Assembly: GCA_964388035.1 (NCBI GenBank) | Contig: CAYLZE010000006.1 | Coordinates: 48,576-112,575, forward strand | Direction of reading: 5' to 3' | Source: an uncultured archaeon | Lineage (GTDB): Archaea; Asgardarchaeota; Lokiarchaeia; Sigyniarchaeales; SOKP01 | Length of the DNA: 64,000 nt | Shown here: one piece after another, positions 51,272 through 61,132 of the stretch | How the letters are laid out: each line of letters begins with the position of its first letter | Numbering within the stretch: position 1 is the stretch's first letter | Made by a program: the position numbers and the translations under genes | Notes under the pieces: model-generated | Told to the model about the DNA's origin: nothing | Database searches by the model: none | The model's input: only the letters and a program-made list of their open reading frames with translations

Positions 51272-52789
51272 ATGCATAATGTTATTATAATTGGTGCTGG
51301 TGTGGGAGGCTTAACTTGCGGAGCAAGATTGGCAAAAATGGGTAAGAAGGTCCTAATTATAGAAAAATCACATCATTTAGGAGGTACGAGCTATATTTTT
51401 AGAAGAAACGGATATTATTTTCCCATGGGACCCTTATCTTTCAGCTTTCCTAATTTAGTGAAGAGAATTTTAAAAGAAGTAGGCGTTCAAGAAAAAATAC
51501 AATTTAGTAGAAACGATTTTCAATTGATTTCACCATGTTTGGATATAATTTATTCCGTACCTCTTGAAGAATTAGAATCGGTGTTAATTAATTCATTTCC
51601 CGAAGAAAGGCAGGGAATTCAGGGCTTTTTTGAGGAATTAGCTCCCTTGATTGATGCGATCCAGAACATTCATGAATGGCATCCTGATTTTTTAATAGGA
51701 AGTCGAAAGGAAGAGGCAAAAGCGAGTTATTTAACCACTCATTCAAAAGAGGTCGAAATTATTGACAAGTATTCCAAGATATCTTCGAAATACCTCTTAG
51801 ATTCTTATCTTTCGGATGATAACGTAAAACGATTGTTGGGTACGCAGGGAACCTATTCCCCCATCATGTCGATGTTGCATTTAGCTTTCATGTGGAATAT
51901 CATGTCCGTGCAAGGAATTTGGAATCCAACTTGTGGAATTCATAAAATCAATGATTATATACATGAGTCATTCAAACGAAATGGCGGTGAATTAAAACTC
52001 AATAGTGCCGTCCAGGAAATTTTGATGGAAAATAACAAGGTTATGGGGATAAGAACTGATAAAGGAGAGATTTATAATGCAGAATGGATAGTATCTAATG
52101 CGGACTACAAGAATGTTTTTTTAACTTTAATAGACCCAAAAAATGTTCCTGTAAACCATTTAAATAAAGTAAAAAACACTCCATATACGGGTTCGGAGTT
52201 GTGTGTTTATTTGGGAATCAACCCTAATCGTATAGATTTAAGAAAGTTGCGTGGGAATCATGTTTTTTATCGAAATACAATCTCGGAAGAGCTAAGTGAT
52301 CCTGCTAGTTTTGAAAATAAAGAGATTGAAATTTGTTTATGGTCAAACAAGGCACCAGATACTGTCCCCGAGGATAAAATTAGCCTTCTCTTACGTGTCA
52401 ACATGCCACATGATTACTTTAATGCGTGGAGGACGGAATATAAAAAGAGAAAGGAGGGTTACATGGAATATAAAAAGAAATTAGCCTTAAGTTTGGTAAA
52501 AGTTGTAGAGAATGTCGTTCCTGGTCTTTCTTCCGCAATTGAACTAATGGAGATCGCTACGCCCCTCACTTATCAAGATTGGGGACATAGATATCGAGGA
52601 TCTGTGGCGGGTTGGTCAAGACGCATGGAAAAGGTTAGTTCTTTTGAACACAAATTATTAATAAACAGTCCAATTCAACACTTTTTATTTGTCGGTATTT
52701 ATTCCGTCTTGGAACCCTTTTTAGGGGGTTATCCCGTTTCCATGCATACGGGAAATTTGGCTGCTAATTACATTTTAGAAAATCATTAA
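51272..52789 (+). CDS. Phytoene desaturase-like FAD-dependent oxidoreductase
   Basis: VIIIGAGVGGL, EK...LGG, IVSNAD, ATPLT...GS..GW; start moved to ATG 51272 after GAGGGG. Confidence 0.85.
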   Translation: MHNVIIIGAGVGGLTCGARLAKMGKKVLIIEKSHHLGGTSYIFRRNGYYFPMGPLSFSFPNLVKRILKEVGVQEKIQFSRNDFQLISPCLDIIYSVPLEELESVLINSFPEERQGIQGFFEELAPLIDAIQNIHEWHPDFLIGSRKEEAKASYLTTHSKEVEIIDKYSKISSKYLLDSYLSDDNVKRLLGTQGTYSPIMSMLHLAFMWNIMSVQGIWNPTCGIHKINDYIHESFKRNGGELKLNSAVQEILMENNKVMGIRTDKGEIYNAEWIVSNADYKNVFLTLIDPKNVPVNHLNKVKNTPYTGSELCVYLGINPNRIDLRKLRGNHVFYRNTISEELSDPASFENKEIEICLWSNKAPDTVPEDKISLLLRVNMPHDYFNAWRTEYKKRKEGYMEYKKKLALSLVKVVENVVPGLSSAIELMEIATPLTYQDWGHRYRGSVAGWSRRMEKVSSFEHKLLINSPIQHFLFVGIYSVLEPFLGGYPVSMHTGNLAANYILENH

Positions 52790-52902
52790 GAAATTAATTT
52801 TTCAAATTTTCTTTGTCTTTTTTAAATCTTTCTTTTTTTATTAATTAGATTTACTATTGCTTGATTGATTTGAAGACTTTTAGAAGCATTACTTGATTTT
52901 TT

Positions 52903-53367
52903 TTATTTTTTGTTTGGAAAAATCACTCCATTGGCTTCAACTAAATTCTTGAACGTGATCAATTCAGATTCTGCTTGCTTGGTTATTTTTCCTCGCATTA
53001 ATTTTAGTATAATTCTTGCTAACAAGGATTTACTAGTACCTTTCCAATTCATTGAAATTTGAGTGGTGTCTTGAAAAGAATCAAAAATTGTTTCTAAAAT
53101 AATATCCAGCCCTTGACCAGAAATATGGGATTGGATTTTTTTACCCTCTTCATAATCTAACATCTCATCCTCTAAAATGTAGGCACGGCCTTTTTCCAAA
53201 TAATGTAAATGACATTTAGCTCCTACTTTTCCAAATTCTCCTTTGACAATTTCCACCTTTTCTAAATATTAGGTCCAGTGAAGCATGTTTTGGGGATTAA
53301 TATATGCCTGCCATACAATATCCAATGGTTTATTAATATTCACGGATATATTGAAGTCGGTTGTCAT
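52903..53367 (-). pseudogene. SRPBCC (polyketide cyclase/START) family gene interrupted by an in-frame TAA
   Basis: MTTDFNISVNINKPLDIVWQAYINPQNMLHWT*YLEKVEIVKG...; TAA at 53269-53271. Confidence 0.75.
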
Positions 53368-53710
53368 TTTACTTTAAAATCAATAATCACAGGATTTAAA
53401 TTAAATTGATACATGGATATGGAAATTACTAATGTAGATGATTATTTAAATCTTATTTTTAACTTTACCCCAATTTAGTTGATTTTAGCAAGCTTCGATT
53501 TGGTAATACTTAGCGAGATATCAATTTACCCAAGATTGAAGTAAAAGCAAAAATATTTCATTGCGGGTATGATCCATGAAAAAGAGATATGAAATCTAAA
53601 AATCCCTCTTAAAACAGAGATTAAAAGAACATTATAAGTTGGAAATTTTCAAAATAGATTATAAAAGTATAAGAATAATCTTTTAAACCGGGGGTTGTTA
53701 TATATTATTA

Positions 53711-54030
53711 GGGAAACACGATGAAGGAGAAATTTTGCATTTTCGAGGACTCGTATGATTAAAGATGAGTACGTGAGCAAAAAAATGCATACATCCCGAG
53801 TTTAATAATCAAAAATCTACTGCAATTAAATGGGCACTTGACCATAGCTAAAGGTAGGTCCAAGCAATGAGGTTTAAGTCAGCGTGAAGCAGCATACATG
53901 ATTATGTCCCTCAGAGCATAGAAATTAACGCCTCACACGAGAGACCTCTATTGAATTAATTATTGGAATGATTCCTAACATGATATAGAGAGTTAGTGTG
54001 TCAGGCAACAATATATGCTTATTCTTCCTG
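53711..54030 (+). ncRNA. Candidate structured non-coding RNA (partly RNase P-like helix order)
   Basis: TTTTAAAC TATA box at 53681; no long ORF; many nested helices, with G-U pairs favouring the + strand; 3' AACAAUAUAUGCUUA resembles RNase P CR-V. Confidence 0.45.
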
Positions 54031-54034
54031 CGCT

Positions 54035-54511
54035 TCATATTAAAAGAGTATCAGAACCTAATAAATCCTTTAATTTTCCACTCTTGGAACTTTCTTCTCT
54101 AAAATAAGAAGAGAGAACCTTCTGGATTTGAGGAGCATATTTTTTAGTCACCGCCCTTACATAACCGATATTAACATTATTATCTGTAGCTAAGACAAGA
54201 ATACCCTTCCCGGCTTTTACAGAAAAAATCGTTCCTTTATCATATTCTGTAATTTGCATGTCAATATGACCATATCCCAAAACTTCCCCTTGTTCTTCTC
54301 CTGCTATGAAAACGGCTCCTCCAATCGCCCCGATCTTTTCAACAGAAATCATTTCTTCACTGCTAAGATTGAATTTGGAATAGCTTACAATGGTTATTCC
54401 CGTATCATCTATAATCAGTGAATATTTGATTCCAGCAGTGCTATTGACAATGGTGCGTAATATTTCCTTTAAAACCTGTTCCTCGTTAGGAAATTCTCGT
54501 GAAGAATTCAT
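54035..54511 (-). CDS. Roadblock/LC7 domain protein
   Basis: SLIIDDTGITI...IGAIGGAVF.AGEE...LGYG...QITEYDKG. Confidence 0.85.
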   Translation of the reverse strand: MNSSREFPNEEQVLKEILRTIVNSTAGIKYSLIIDDTGITIVSYSKFNLSSEEMISVEKIGAIGGAVFIAGEEQGEVLGYGHIDMQITEYDKGTIFSVKAGKGILVLATDNNVNIGYVRAVTKKYAPQIQKVLSSYFREESSKSGKLKDLLGSDTLLI

Positions 54512-54682
54512 TTAAGAGCTACCCTTTTAGTTTAACCTTTTTATTAACAATACTATTATTATTGTGGCTTATTTAAACTTGGTAGAATTTCTTACCAATA
54601 AATGAGTAACATGGTAAATTTTATATTCTCATATCTATTAAAAAAAATTTCATAGAAAAACTTGCTTATTTTACATTAGAGA

Positions 54683-55018
54683 TTAAAAAAGTACCTGACT
54701 TTTTATCATTTTTCTAAGATTTGAAAGACCGAGAATATAATTGTTTGGAGTCTCTATTAATAGAAGTAATTTTATATTCTTTGTTTTATCCAAATTAACC
54801 TTAATTTTTGTGATGGATAAATCGTCAGATAATGAAAATCTGTTTGATATGGCTTGAAGAGCTAACTCATTCTCCTTCATCTTAATCTTATTAGTAATGT
54901 GAGTTGAAATGGGAAAGCCATGATGATCTGTGATTATACCGGCTAAAAAATTAGGAAATAAATTCTTTATCATGGTTAAAAATCCGTCTACATCGGATTG
55001 GGATATTATATTATTCAA
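54683..55018 (-). CDS. Roadblock/profilin-like small protein
   Basis: FLAGIITDHHGFPIST...ELALQAI pattern. Confidence 0.55.
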   Translation of the reverse strand: MNNIISQSDVDGFLTMIKNLFPNFLAGIITDHHGFPISTHITNKIKMKENELALQAISNRFSLSDDLSITKIKVNLDKTKNIKLLLLIETPNNYILGLSNLRKMIKSQVLF

Positions 55019-55307
55019 CCATACCTACCTTGGCATTAGAATAGTATTAATTTTAAGTAAAAAGAACATTTTTTTAATCTTAAATTGCAGTAATATCATT
55101 GTATTATGCTTTCTAACACCAAAGTATCAAAAAAATGAATCGTCATGGGGGCGTTTCTGTTTAAAAAAATGTTTATAAATTAGGACTAACAAAATGAAGT
55201 TAATCAATTATAAAAATTAAAAAGGAAAATGGATGGAATATTCCTTTTCACAATTATTCCAAAAAAAGAAAAAAAATACCAAATAAAATTATTTGTATCT
55301 CACGCTA

Positions 55308-56276
55308 TTATTTTTTAAGTTCAATTCCCAATTTGAGATTTTCAACTAATTCAGAAAATCTATTGCGAACGGTCACTTCGGTACATTGAGAGATCTTGGC
55401 AATCTTTCTCTGTGTTCGTCTTTCCTTGCAAATAATACAAGCGCAATATATAGCTGCAGCGCAAACGCCCGTGGGACCTCTACCCGAAGTTAATGTACTC
55501 TTCTCAGCCAATTTGATGATTTTTTTTGCGGTTCGCTGGCATTCCGTGGACAATTCTAATTCAGAAATGAATCGATTGAGAAAGTCCAAGGGTTTTGTGG
55601 GATTAAGGTTTAAATTTAATTCATTTGAAATGAAACGAAAGGAACGCCCGATTTCTTTCTTATCAACTCGTGCCACTTCAGCAATTTCGTTAAGGGTTCT
55701 TGGCACCTTAAAAATGCGACATGCGGCATAAAGGGAAGCTGCGGCAACTCCTTCAATACTTCTTCCTCTGATGAGATGCTTATCTACTGCATCTCGATAA
55801 GTTTTAGCCGCACATTCGCGTAAGTTTTTCTGTAATTCTAAACTTGAAGCCATTCTATCCAATTCAAATAAGGCAAAAGTTAAATTCCGTTCCGTTGCAT
55901 CAGAAACTCTAATTCGACTTTGCCATTTACGCAATCTATAAATCTGCCCTCGAGCTCTTGCGGGAATTTCTTTTCCAAATATGTCCCTGTTCTTCCAGTC
56001 TATCACGGTACTCAAGCCCTTGTCATGAATCATGTACGTCATGGGGGCTCCCGTACGTGTTCTTTTCTTCTTTTGATCTGCATCAAATGCTCTCCATTCA
56101 GGGCCATTATCTATATATTTTTCGGAATGTACCAATCCACAATTTTCACACACTATTAACCCTCTATTATCGTCAAAAAATATATTTTTTCCACATTCCG
56201 CGCATGTATTGGTTTCTGTTTGTAAATTTTCATTCCGAACCGATTTTACTTCCTTCCAACTGGAAATGATTTTCAC
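55308..56276 (-). CDS. tfb: Transcription initiation factor IIB
   Basis: Zn ribbon CAECG...[40 protein letters not shown]. Confidence 0.97.
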   Translation of the reverse strand: MKIISSWKEVKSVRNENLQTETNTCAECGKNIFFDDNRGLIVCENCGLVHSEKYIDNGPEWRAFDADQKKKRTRTGAPMTYMIHDKGLSTVIDWKNRDIFGKEIPARARGQIYRLRKWQSRIRVSDATERNLTFALFELDRMASSLELQKNLRECAAKTYRDAVDKHLIRGRSIEGVAAASLYAACRIFKVPRTLNEIAEVARVDKKEIGRSFRFISNELNLNLNPTKPLDFLNRFISELELSTECQRTAKKIIKLAEKSTLTSGRGPTGVCAAAIYCACIICKERRTQRKIAKISQCTEVTVRNRFSELVENLKLGIELKK

Positions 56277-56319
56277 CTATATTATTATAGATTTCTTCTA
56301 AAACTGACTTGTAAAACTA

Positions 56320-56574
56320 TTATTGTAATTTGACATACAATCTAACTTTAGGGTTAAGATCTTGATTGGATGTATTTTTTATTGAAATAAAAGGCGATTC
56401 TATTGGTCCAAAAATATCATGTACATGTCCAATCTTTTCATAAACTTCATTATATACGGGTTTTTTCAAAATTTGTTCGTACTCTTTTCTCCATTTTCTT
56501 GCCCGAAAAATTTCATGTTTTTTCGATTTTCCAATAAAAGTTATAAATTGAAAAATTTTTAACCAAGTTTGCAT
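56320..56574 (-). CDS. gar1: H/ACA RNP protein Gar1/Naf1
   Basis: KIGHVHDIFGPIESPFISIK; conserved position upstream of tfb. Confidence 0.8.
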   Translation of the reverse strand: MQTWLKIFQFITFIGKSKKHEIFRARKWRKEYEQILKKPVYNEVYEKIGHVHDIFGPIESPFISIKNTSNQDLNPKVRLYVKLQ

Positions 56575-56746
56575 GGAGTACCCCGATTTACCCTATTGTA
56601 GATCAAAACATTAGATCTGAACATATTCAATTCTATTTAAATATGACGGTTTTCACCTTAAAAAAAAAAACCCAATTTTTATTAAGGATTTGTTAATAAA
56701 TTTCTGGTCAATTAATACATGGAAATGTAAAAGGATGTTCTAATTA

Positions 56747-57829
56747 CTAAAATTGCTTTTGCATGGCATATTTCGTTTTACAGTCACATTTGGAATCATT
56801 CCCATCTAAATAATCAAGGTTTTGGGTCAAGACAAAGTTTTTTAGTTTCATTCTCATCAGTTGATTACATGATCTATCCAAGCAGTTATGAATTCCTCTT
56901 TTAGTTCCTGCGCCAGATGGATCACTCACTATTCGGAGATGCTCAAGATCAGAAGGACTCACGGATTTCTGGATACATTCCATTAATGAATAAAACCACG
57001 GAGGACGATACTTTTTATGATACCAAAGATATTCTACTAATGTTCCTTTTTGAACATTCATAGGATTAATGGAAATTGTACTGATGGGAAGATCCTTTAA
57101 TGTTTTAATGGAGGCAATGCAATCGTCGATGGCCGCCTGTTCGTTAAAAAAAGGAGGTTTAAAAAGCAAATATACTTTCACGCCCACCTCATGCTCATTG
57201 CATAGTTGGACTTTTTTATAGAACTCATTATATGAGAATCCCTTGTTAATGTATTCCAATCTTATTGAATCATTGACAGTTTCGAGTCCAATCCCGATTT
57301 CAACATTTTTATCTTTTAAAGTAGCTTTCAACTGTTCTAATTTATCTGATGTGATAAATTCGGGTCTAGATTCCACCACAACTTCCTTACATTTAGACAC
57401 TTGGTTAATTCTTTGATATATATGTTCTCGAACCGTTGAGTTGATTTCTTGATCATCTAAAAAGCTCCCCGAATTAAATAGTTTAAAAACATAGTTCTGA
57501 TTATCCTGTTGGATTTCATTAAGTTTCTGATTCAATGCGCGATCAAATTGACCGATTATGAATTCGGGGGCAACATCACTGAAATATGCATCATTAGTAT
57601 ATCCACACATGGTACATCCACTTCCTCCTAATGCCCAACTACATCCTCTCGTTCTTAAAATAACCGTGAATTCTTTTCCAACTTCTCGTAAAAGGCGCTC
57701 TTCTTTTATCCAATATGCTACAGGGTCCGAACAGGATATATTCCTTCTTTTTTGAGCTCCTTTTAATGTATTGGATCTTAAAATTTTGACCTGTTCCTTG
57801 AATGGGATGTTTTTATCAAGCTTTTTCAT
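56747..57829 (-). CDS. raSEA: Archaeosine biosynthesis radical SAM protein RaSEA
   Basis: LRTRGCSWA...GCTMCGY, FNSGSFLD, VESRPEF, YRPPW, RGIHNC; overlaps arcS. Confidence 0.9.
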   Translation of the reverse strand: MKKLDKNIPFKEQVKILRSNTLKGAQKRRNISCSDPVAYWIKEERLLREVGKEFTVILRTRGCSWALGGSGCTMCGYTNDAYFSDVAPEFIIGQFDRALNQKLNEIQQDNQNYVFKLFNSGSFLDDQEINSTVREHIYQRINQVSKCKEVVVESRPEFITSDKLEQLKATLKDKNVEIGIGLETVNDSIRLEYINKGFSYNEFYKKVQLCNEHEVGVKVYLLFKPPFFNEQAAIDDCIASIKTLKDLPISTISINPMNVQKGTLVEYLWYHKKYRPPWFYSLMECIQKSVSPSDLEHLRIVSDPSGAGTKRGIHNCLDRSCNQLMRMKLKNFVLTQNLDYLDGNDSKCDCKTKYAMQKQF

Positions 57830-59891
57830 GGATCCTTATAATCCTCCCCGAATTAGATTTTTTAATAAAATTAGAGCTCACCAATGCCTTTCCAACTGCG
57901 ATAACGTCATTTTTATCTTTACTTAATACGAATACTTGCTCATTAGGGATAATGTTAGGGCTGAATTCCAAAATTCCCGGCCTAAAAAGAGTATTTCCTT
58001 GCAATTTATATCCATCAAAGACGACAATATTGCTTGTAGTCCCTAAAGAATGTATTTTCTGGGCTCCCTTTAAGGTGTAATGGAACACTCCCGTATCATT
58101 TTCGACCCAAAATAATTTTTGATTACTTGTTCCCTCAAAGATTTCTAATCGATTCGCTTTGATATTTTTTTTCATGCTAAATTGAGCATTGAAGATTTTT
58201 TCTCCCCATCCTACACCCAATTGGTAATCAAGCATCTTAATTAATTTGTTTATTTTTGTTTTCGCCATCTTAGGGAAAAATTCAGACTTCTGGTAATCAA
58301 TATGGTCTAAGTGATGCTCTTTAATTAAAGAATACAGGGAATCTAAAGAGTTTTTAGACGTGACCTTGTTTTCCACCTCAGTACAATATACATGTTGTTC
58401 AATCCGTGGTTTTGCAGCATCAATAATTTTAAGATAATCACCAGAAAGATGACTTATAATGGGAACGCCAGCTTCGAACTTTCTCAACAAACTTATAAGC
58501 ATTTCAGAGGAGAGCTTAATTTCTTCAAAATCCCAATCTCCCGTGACTGAAATGTCGTAGGAATTCACGGGATATATTTCTTCCAATTGTCTGGGAATCG
58601 CTCCAAGAGGAGAAGTCAGGATAATTTCTTGAAAATAAGGAAAATCTGGGAATTTTTTTATTATTTCAAAAAATTTCTGATGGGACCTTGAACTCGAATA
58701 AGGCTTTTTAGCAGAACAAGGTAATAAGATAATTACAGTAATATTCGAATCGGGATTAAACGTTTGAACTACCCGCTGTCGAAATTCTTGGAAATCAGGG
58801 CGATAATAGGAAGATGGTCCGAGAGAACTAACCTTGATTCTCTTTTGATAAGTCGGTGTTTCAGATTTTAATAGCGGAAAGAAATCCTTATCGAGGATTT
58901 TTAAGGTTGAAATCATCCTTAAATCATTCAAACAGCTTTTCTCGACAAAGGTACGATAATCCTCAAATTGCAGATATTGTTTGATCTTATTCATGTAATT
59001 CCGAGCAAAGGTAATATTATGAAGACATAACAAGTATAGAATATTCGAAAAATTCTCCTCCTTCAAATGATCTTTTAATCCGCCACGGCAAGCGGGGCAA
59101 GAACAAGGTAGGTATTTTAATTTATTAAAGGGAATTAGCGTTTCTAAAGTATCATAGAAGTTTTCAGAAGATAGATATAAAGCTTGGGAATAATCGATTA
59201 AATCAAATCCAAGATAGACCAGTAGAGGAAAGAATTTTGGATATATTTTACCCGATACCATGAGAATGAGATTTCTACTAAAATTCTCTTTTAAATTAAA
59301 GATTATGCTAAGTATATTTCTATAATTATTCAGATTATCAAAAAGATCTGTAAATTCAAGAATTGTTATGTTAGAATGATTTCGGATTAAATTGGAATAT
59401 AATGAAAAAAACTCGGGAAATTCGAACAATTTAATTGAGATACCAAATGATATGTCGCTAAATTCTTTGACAATACTACTAATTATTGTGATGTGTTCTT
59501 TTATTCGTTCTCGAGTAAAATCTTTACTGATGCTGGTGGTGGGTATGTTGAAAGGAATAATAGGAATGACAATTTCTTCGGAAAAATGCTCAATATTGTT
59601 CTTGAGAATATCTATAAAATTCTCGAGAAGCCCCGAATGCGTGTAAATAAAACCTTTATTTTTGAATTTTTGATGTAAAAAAGTTTCTTTTAGAAAGATT
59701 TCATCATTGATTTTGAAAAGATCATCGTCCTCAAATTCAATGATAAATTTGATATCTTTAACTAACCCTTTATTGATTGGAATAAGAATTGTGGGGGTTT
59801 TAATATATTTATGCGATGATGGAAAGATATTAATCCTCCCAATTCGTGAAAGAGCAACTTTCTTTTTAACTACTTCAAATAAAGGTTTCAT
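57816..59891 (-). CDS. arcS: Archaeosine synthase subunit alpha (TGT-like, DUF5591 and PUA domains)
   Basis: SRIGRI, CSCPAC...HN, LLPCSAKKPYSSSRSH, TSPLGAIPRQLE.IYP..SYD..VTGDW, C-terminal PUA. Confidence 0.85.
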   Translation of the reverse strand: MKPLFEVVKKKVALSRIGRINIFPSSHKYIKTPTILIPINKGLVKDIKFIIEFEDDDLFKINDEIFLKETFLHQKFKNKGFIYTHSGLLENFIDILKNNIEHFSEEIVIPIIPFNIPTTSISKDFTRERIKEHITIISSIVKEFSDISFGISIKLFEFPEFFSLYSNLIRNHSNITILEFTDLFDNLNNYRNILSIIFNLKENFSRNLILMVSGKIYPKFFPLLVYLGFDLIDYSQALYLSSENFYDTLETLIPFNKLKYLPCSCPACRGGLKDHLKEENFSNILYLLCLHNITFARNYMNKIKQYLQFEDYRTFVEKSCLNDLRMISTLKILDKDFFPLLKSETPTYQKRIKVSSLGPSSYYRPDFQEFRQRVVQTFNPDSNITVIILLPCSAKKPYSSSRSHQKFFEIIKKFPDFPYFQEIILTSPLGAIPRQLEEIYPVNSYDISVTGDWDFEEIKLSSEMLISLLRKFEAGVPIISHLSGDYLKIIDAAKPRIEQHVYCTEVENKVTSKNSLDSLYSLIKEHHLDHIDYQKSEFFPKMAKTKINKLIKMLDYQLGVGWGEKIFNAQFSMKKNIKANRLEIFEGTSNQKLFWVENDTGVFHYTLKGAQKIHSLGTTSNIVVFDGYKLQGNTLFRPGILEFSPNIIPNEQVFVLSKDKNDVIAVGKALVSSNFIKKSNSGRIIRIHEKA

Positions 59892-60038
59892 TATTATAAG
59901 GTAATGCAGTAAGATTCAAGTTTTTTCTGGTTATTAAGTTATACTTTAATTATTGGATTAAAAGAAGGTTTAAATCGATCCTATCATGATCTAACTAGAA
60001 ATTCAATATTTAATGGGAAAGAGGACTTAACTTCATGA

Positions 60039-61001
60039 TCAACTAAAAATCGCAAAATTAGAATAGGATATCCTCTCATCGAGCACGTAATTTGTGAAGG
60101 TATCTTCTATTTCTTCTGATTCATATAATCCCTTTATAAAAGTTCCATAATTTTCTATTTCTTTTACTCTCACGATAGCTAATAAACCATATTGTTCCCC
60201 TATCCTGAATAAATCCGTGATTTCTTTCTTTTTCACCAGATTTAACGCCAAAATATCATATTTTGAAGGATCTTTTGGCTTGATTCGGACAATATATTTT
60301 CCTTTAAATCCTATTTTTTTAGCATCGAAATTTAATGCATAGTTAAGAATTACACCAGTTCTCTCAAGTATTTTTATTCGATTATAAATGGTAGATTGTG
60401 AAACATCCAAGTTATATTGCTTTTTCATCATGCTTGCAATTTCATAGGTAGAAATTAGCTTGGATCCTTGATCATTTTGTAAAATACTCAGTATAGTATT
60501 GTCAATTCCATCGATCTCCTTATTTTCTCCAATGTTTGAATTAGTTAAATCCATTCCATTTGTTTTAAAGACCTTTATCGTTTCAAGGATTTGATACTTC
60601 TTAAAATAAGAACTTGCCATGATATTATCTATTTTTGGCAGAATGCTAGTGAATTCGGAAGAATCTCTGAAAATAAATAAAGCCAAAAGAGAAAATTCGC
60701 CTAATATCCCATCCAGCATTTTTAATTGATGGATTTTTAACAAATCCGCAATTAATTGAGGTTCTTTGGGATTTGTTTTAATTTCCATGATAACGAATTT
60801 TATGTTAGGTTGGATATTAGGATTGATATTTATCGTGAAATTATTAATTATTTCGTTCTTTCTTAAATTATTCAGATATTTGAGAATTGTCTTCCTAGAT
60901 ACATTTAACTCTTTAGTTATCTCCAAAAATTTGGGCTTTGAATCCGAATGAAGCTTTATTAACATCTTCAATGCATTTATTTGATTATTTGAAGAACTCA
61001 T
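60039..61001 (-). CDS. Tandem Lrp/AsnC family regulator
   Basis: Two HTH+RAM repeats (VSRKTILKYLNNL and VSQSTIYNRIKILE..GVI). Confidence 0.85.
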   Translation of the reverse strand: MSSSNNQINALKMLIKLHSDSKPKFLEITKELNVSRKTILKYLNNLRKNEIINNFTININPNIQPNIKFVIMEIKTNPKEPQLIADLLKIHQLKMLDGILGEFSLLALFIFRDSSEFTSILPKIDNIMASSYFKKYQILETIKVFKTNGMDLTNSNIGENKEIDGIDNTILSILQNDQGSKLISTYEIASMMKKQYNLDVSQSTIYNRIKILERTGVILNYALNFDAKKIGFKGKYIVRIKPKDPSKYDILALNLVKKKEITDLFRIGEQYGLLAIVRVKEIENYGTFIKGLYESEEIEDTFTNYVLDERISYSNFAIFS

Positions 61002-61132
61002 GATAGTTTTTTTAAATAAGAGTGGTAATTTGTGTAATTATTCTTGATATTTATACCCATTCTTCCAAAAATATATTTAAATATGAATTAAAATTAAAGA
61101 ATATAATTATCATTAAAAAAATTTGTTTAAAA

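Noticed and set aside
53860-53900. SRP RNA helix 8-like string (GAGG...GAAGCAGC) and U3 box B-like AGCGUGAAG
   Set aside because: No GNRA tetraloop in the right geometry, no Alu UGUNR motif, and no CUGA D box on this strand
53993-54037. Sec read-through of the roadblock gene's terminal TGA into the structured region
   Set aside because: No AUGA core on the minus strand, and the extension is only 13 unremarkable codons
56265-56278. tfb GTG lies inside AGGTGA, so ATT 56267 could be the real start
   Set aside because: The TFB N-terminus is not conserved enough to decide, and GTG is a normal start
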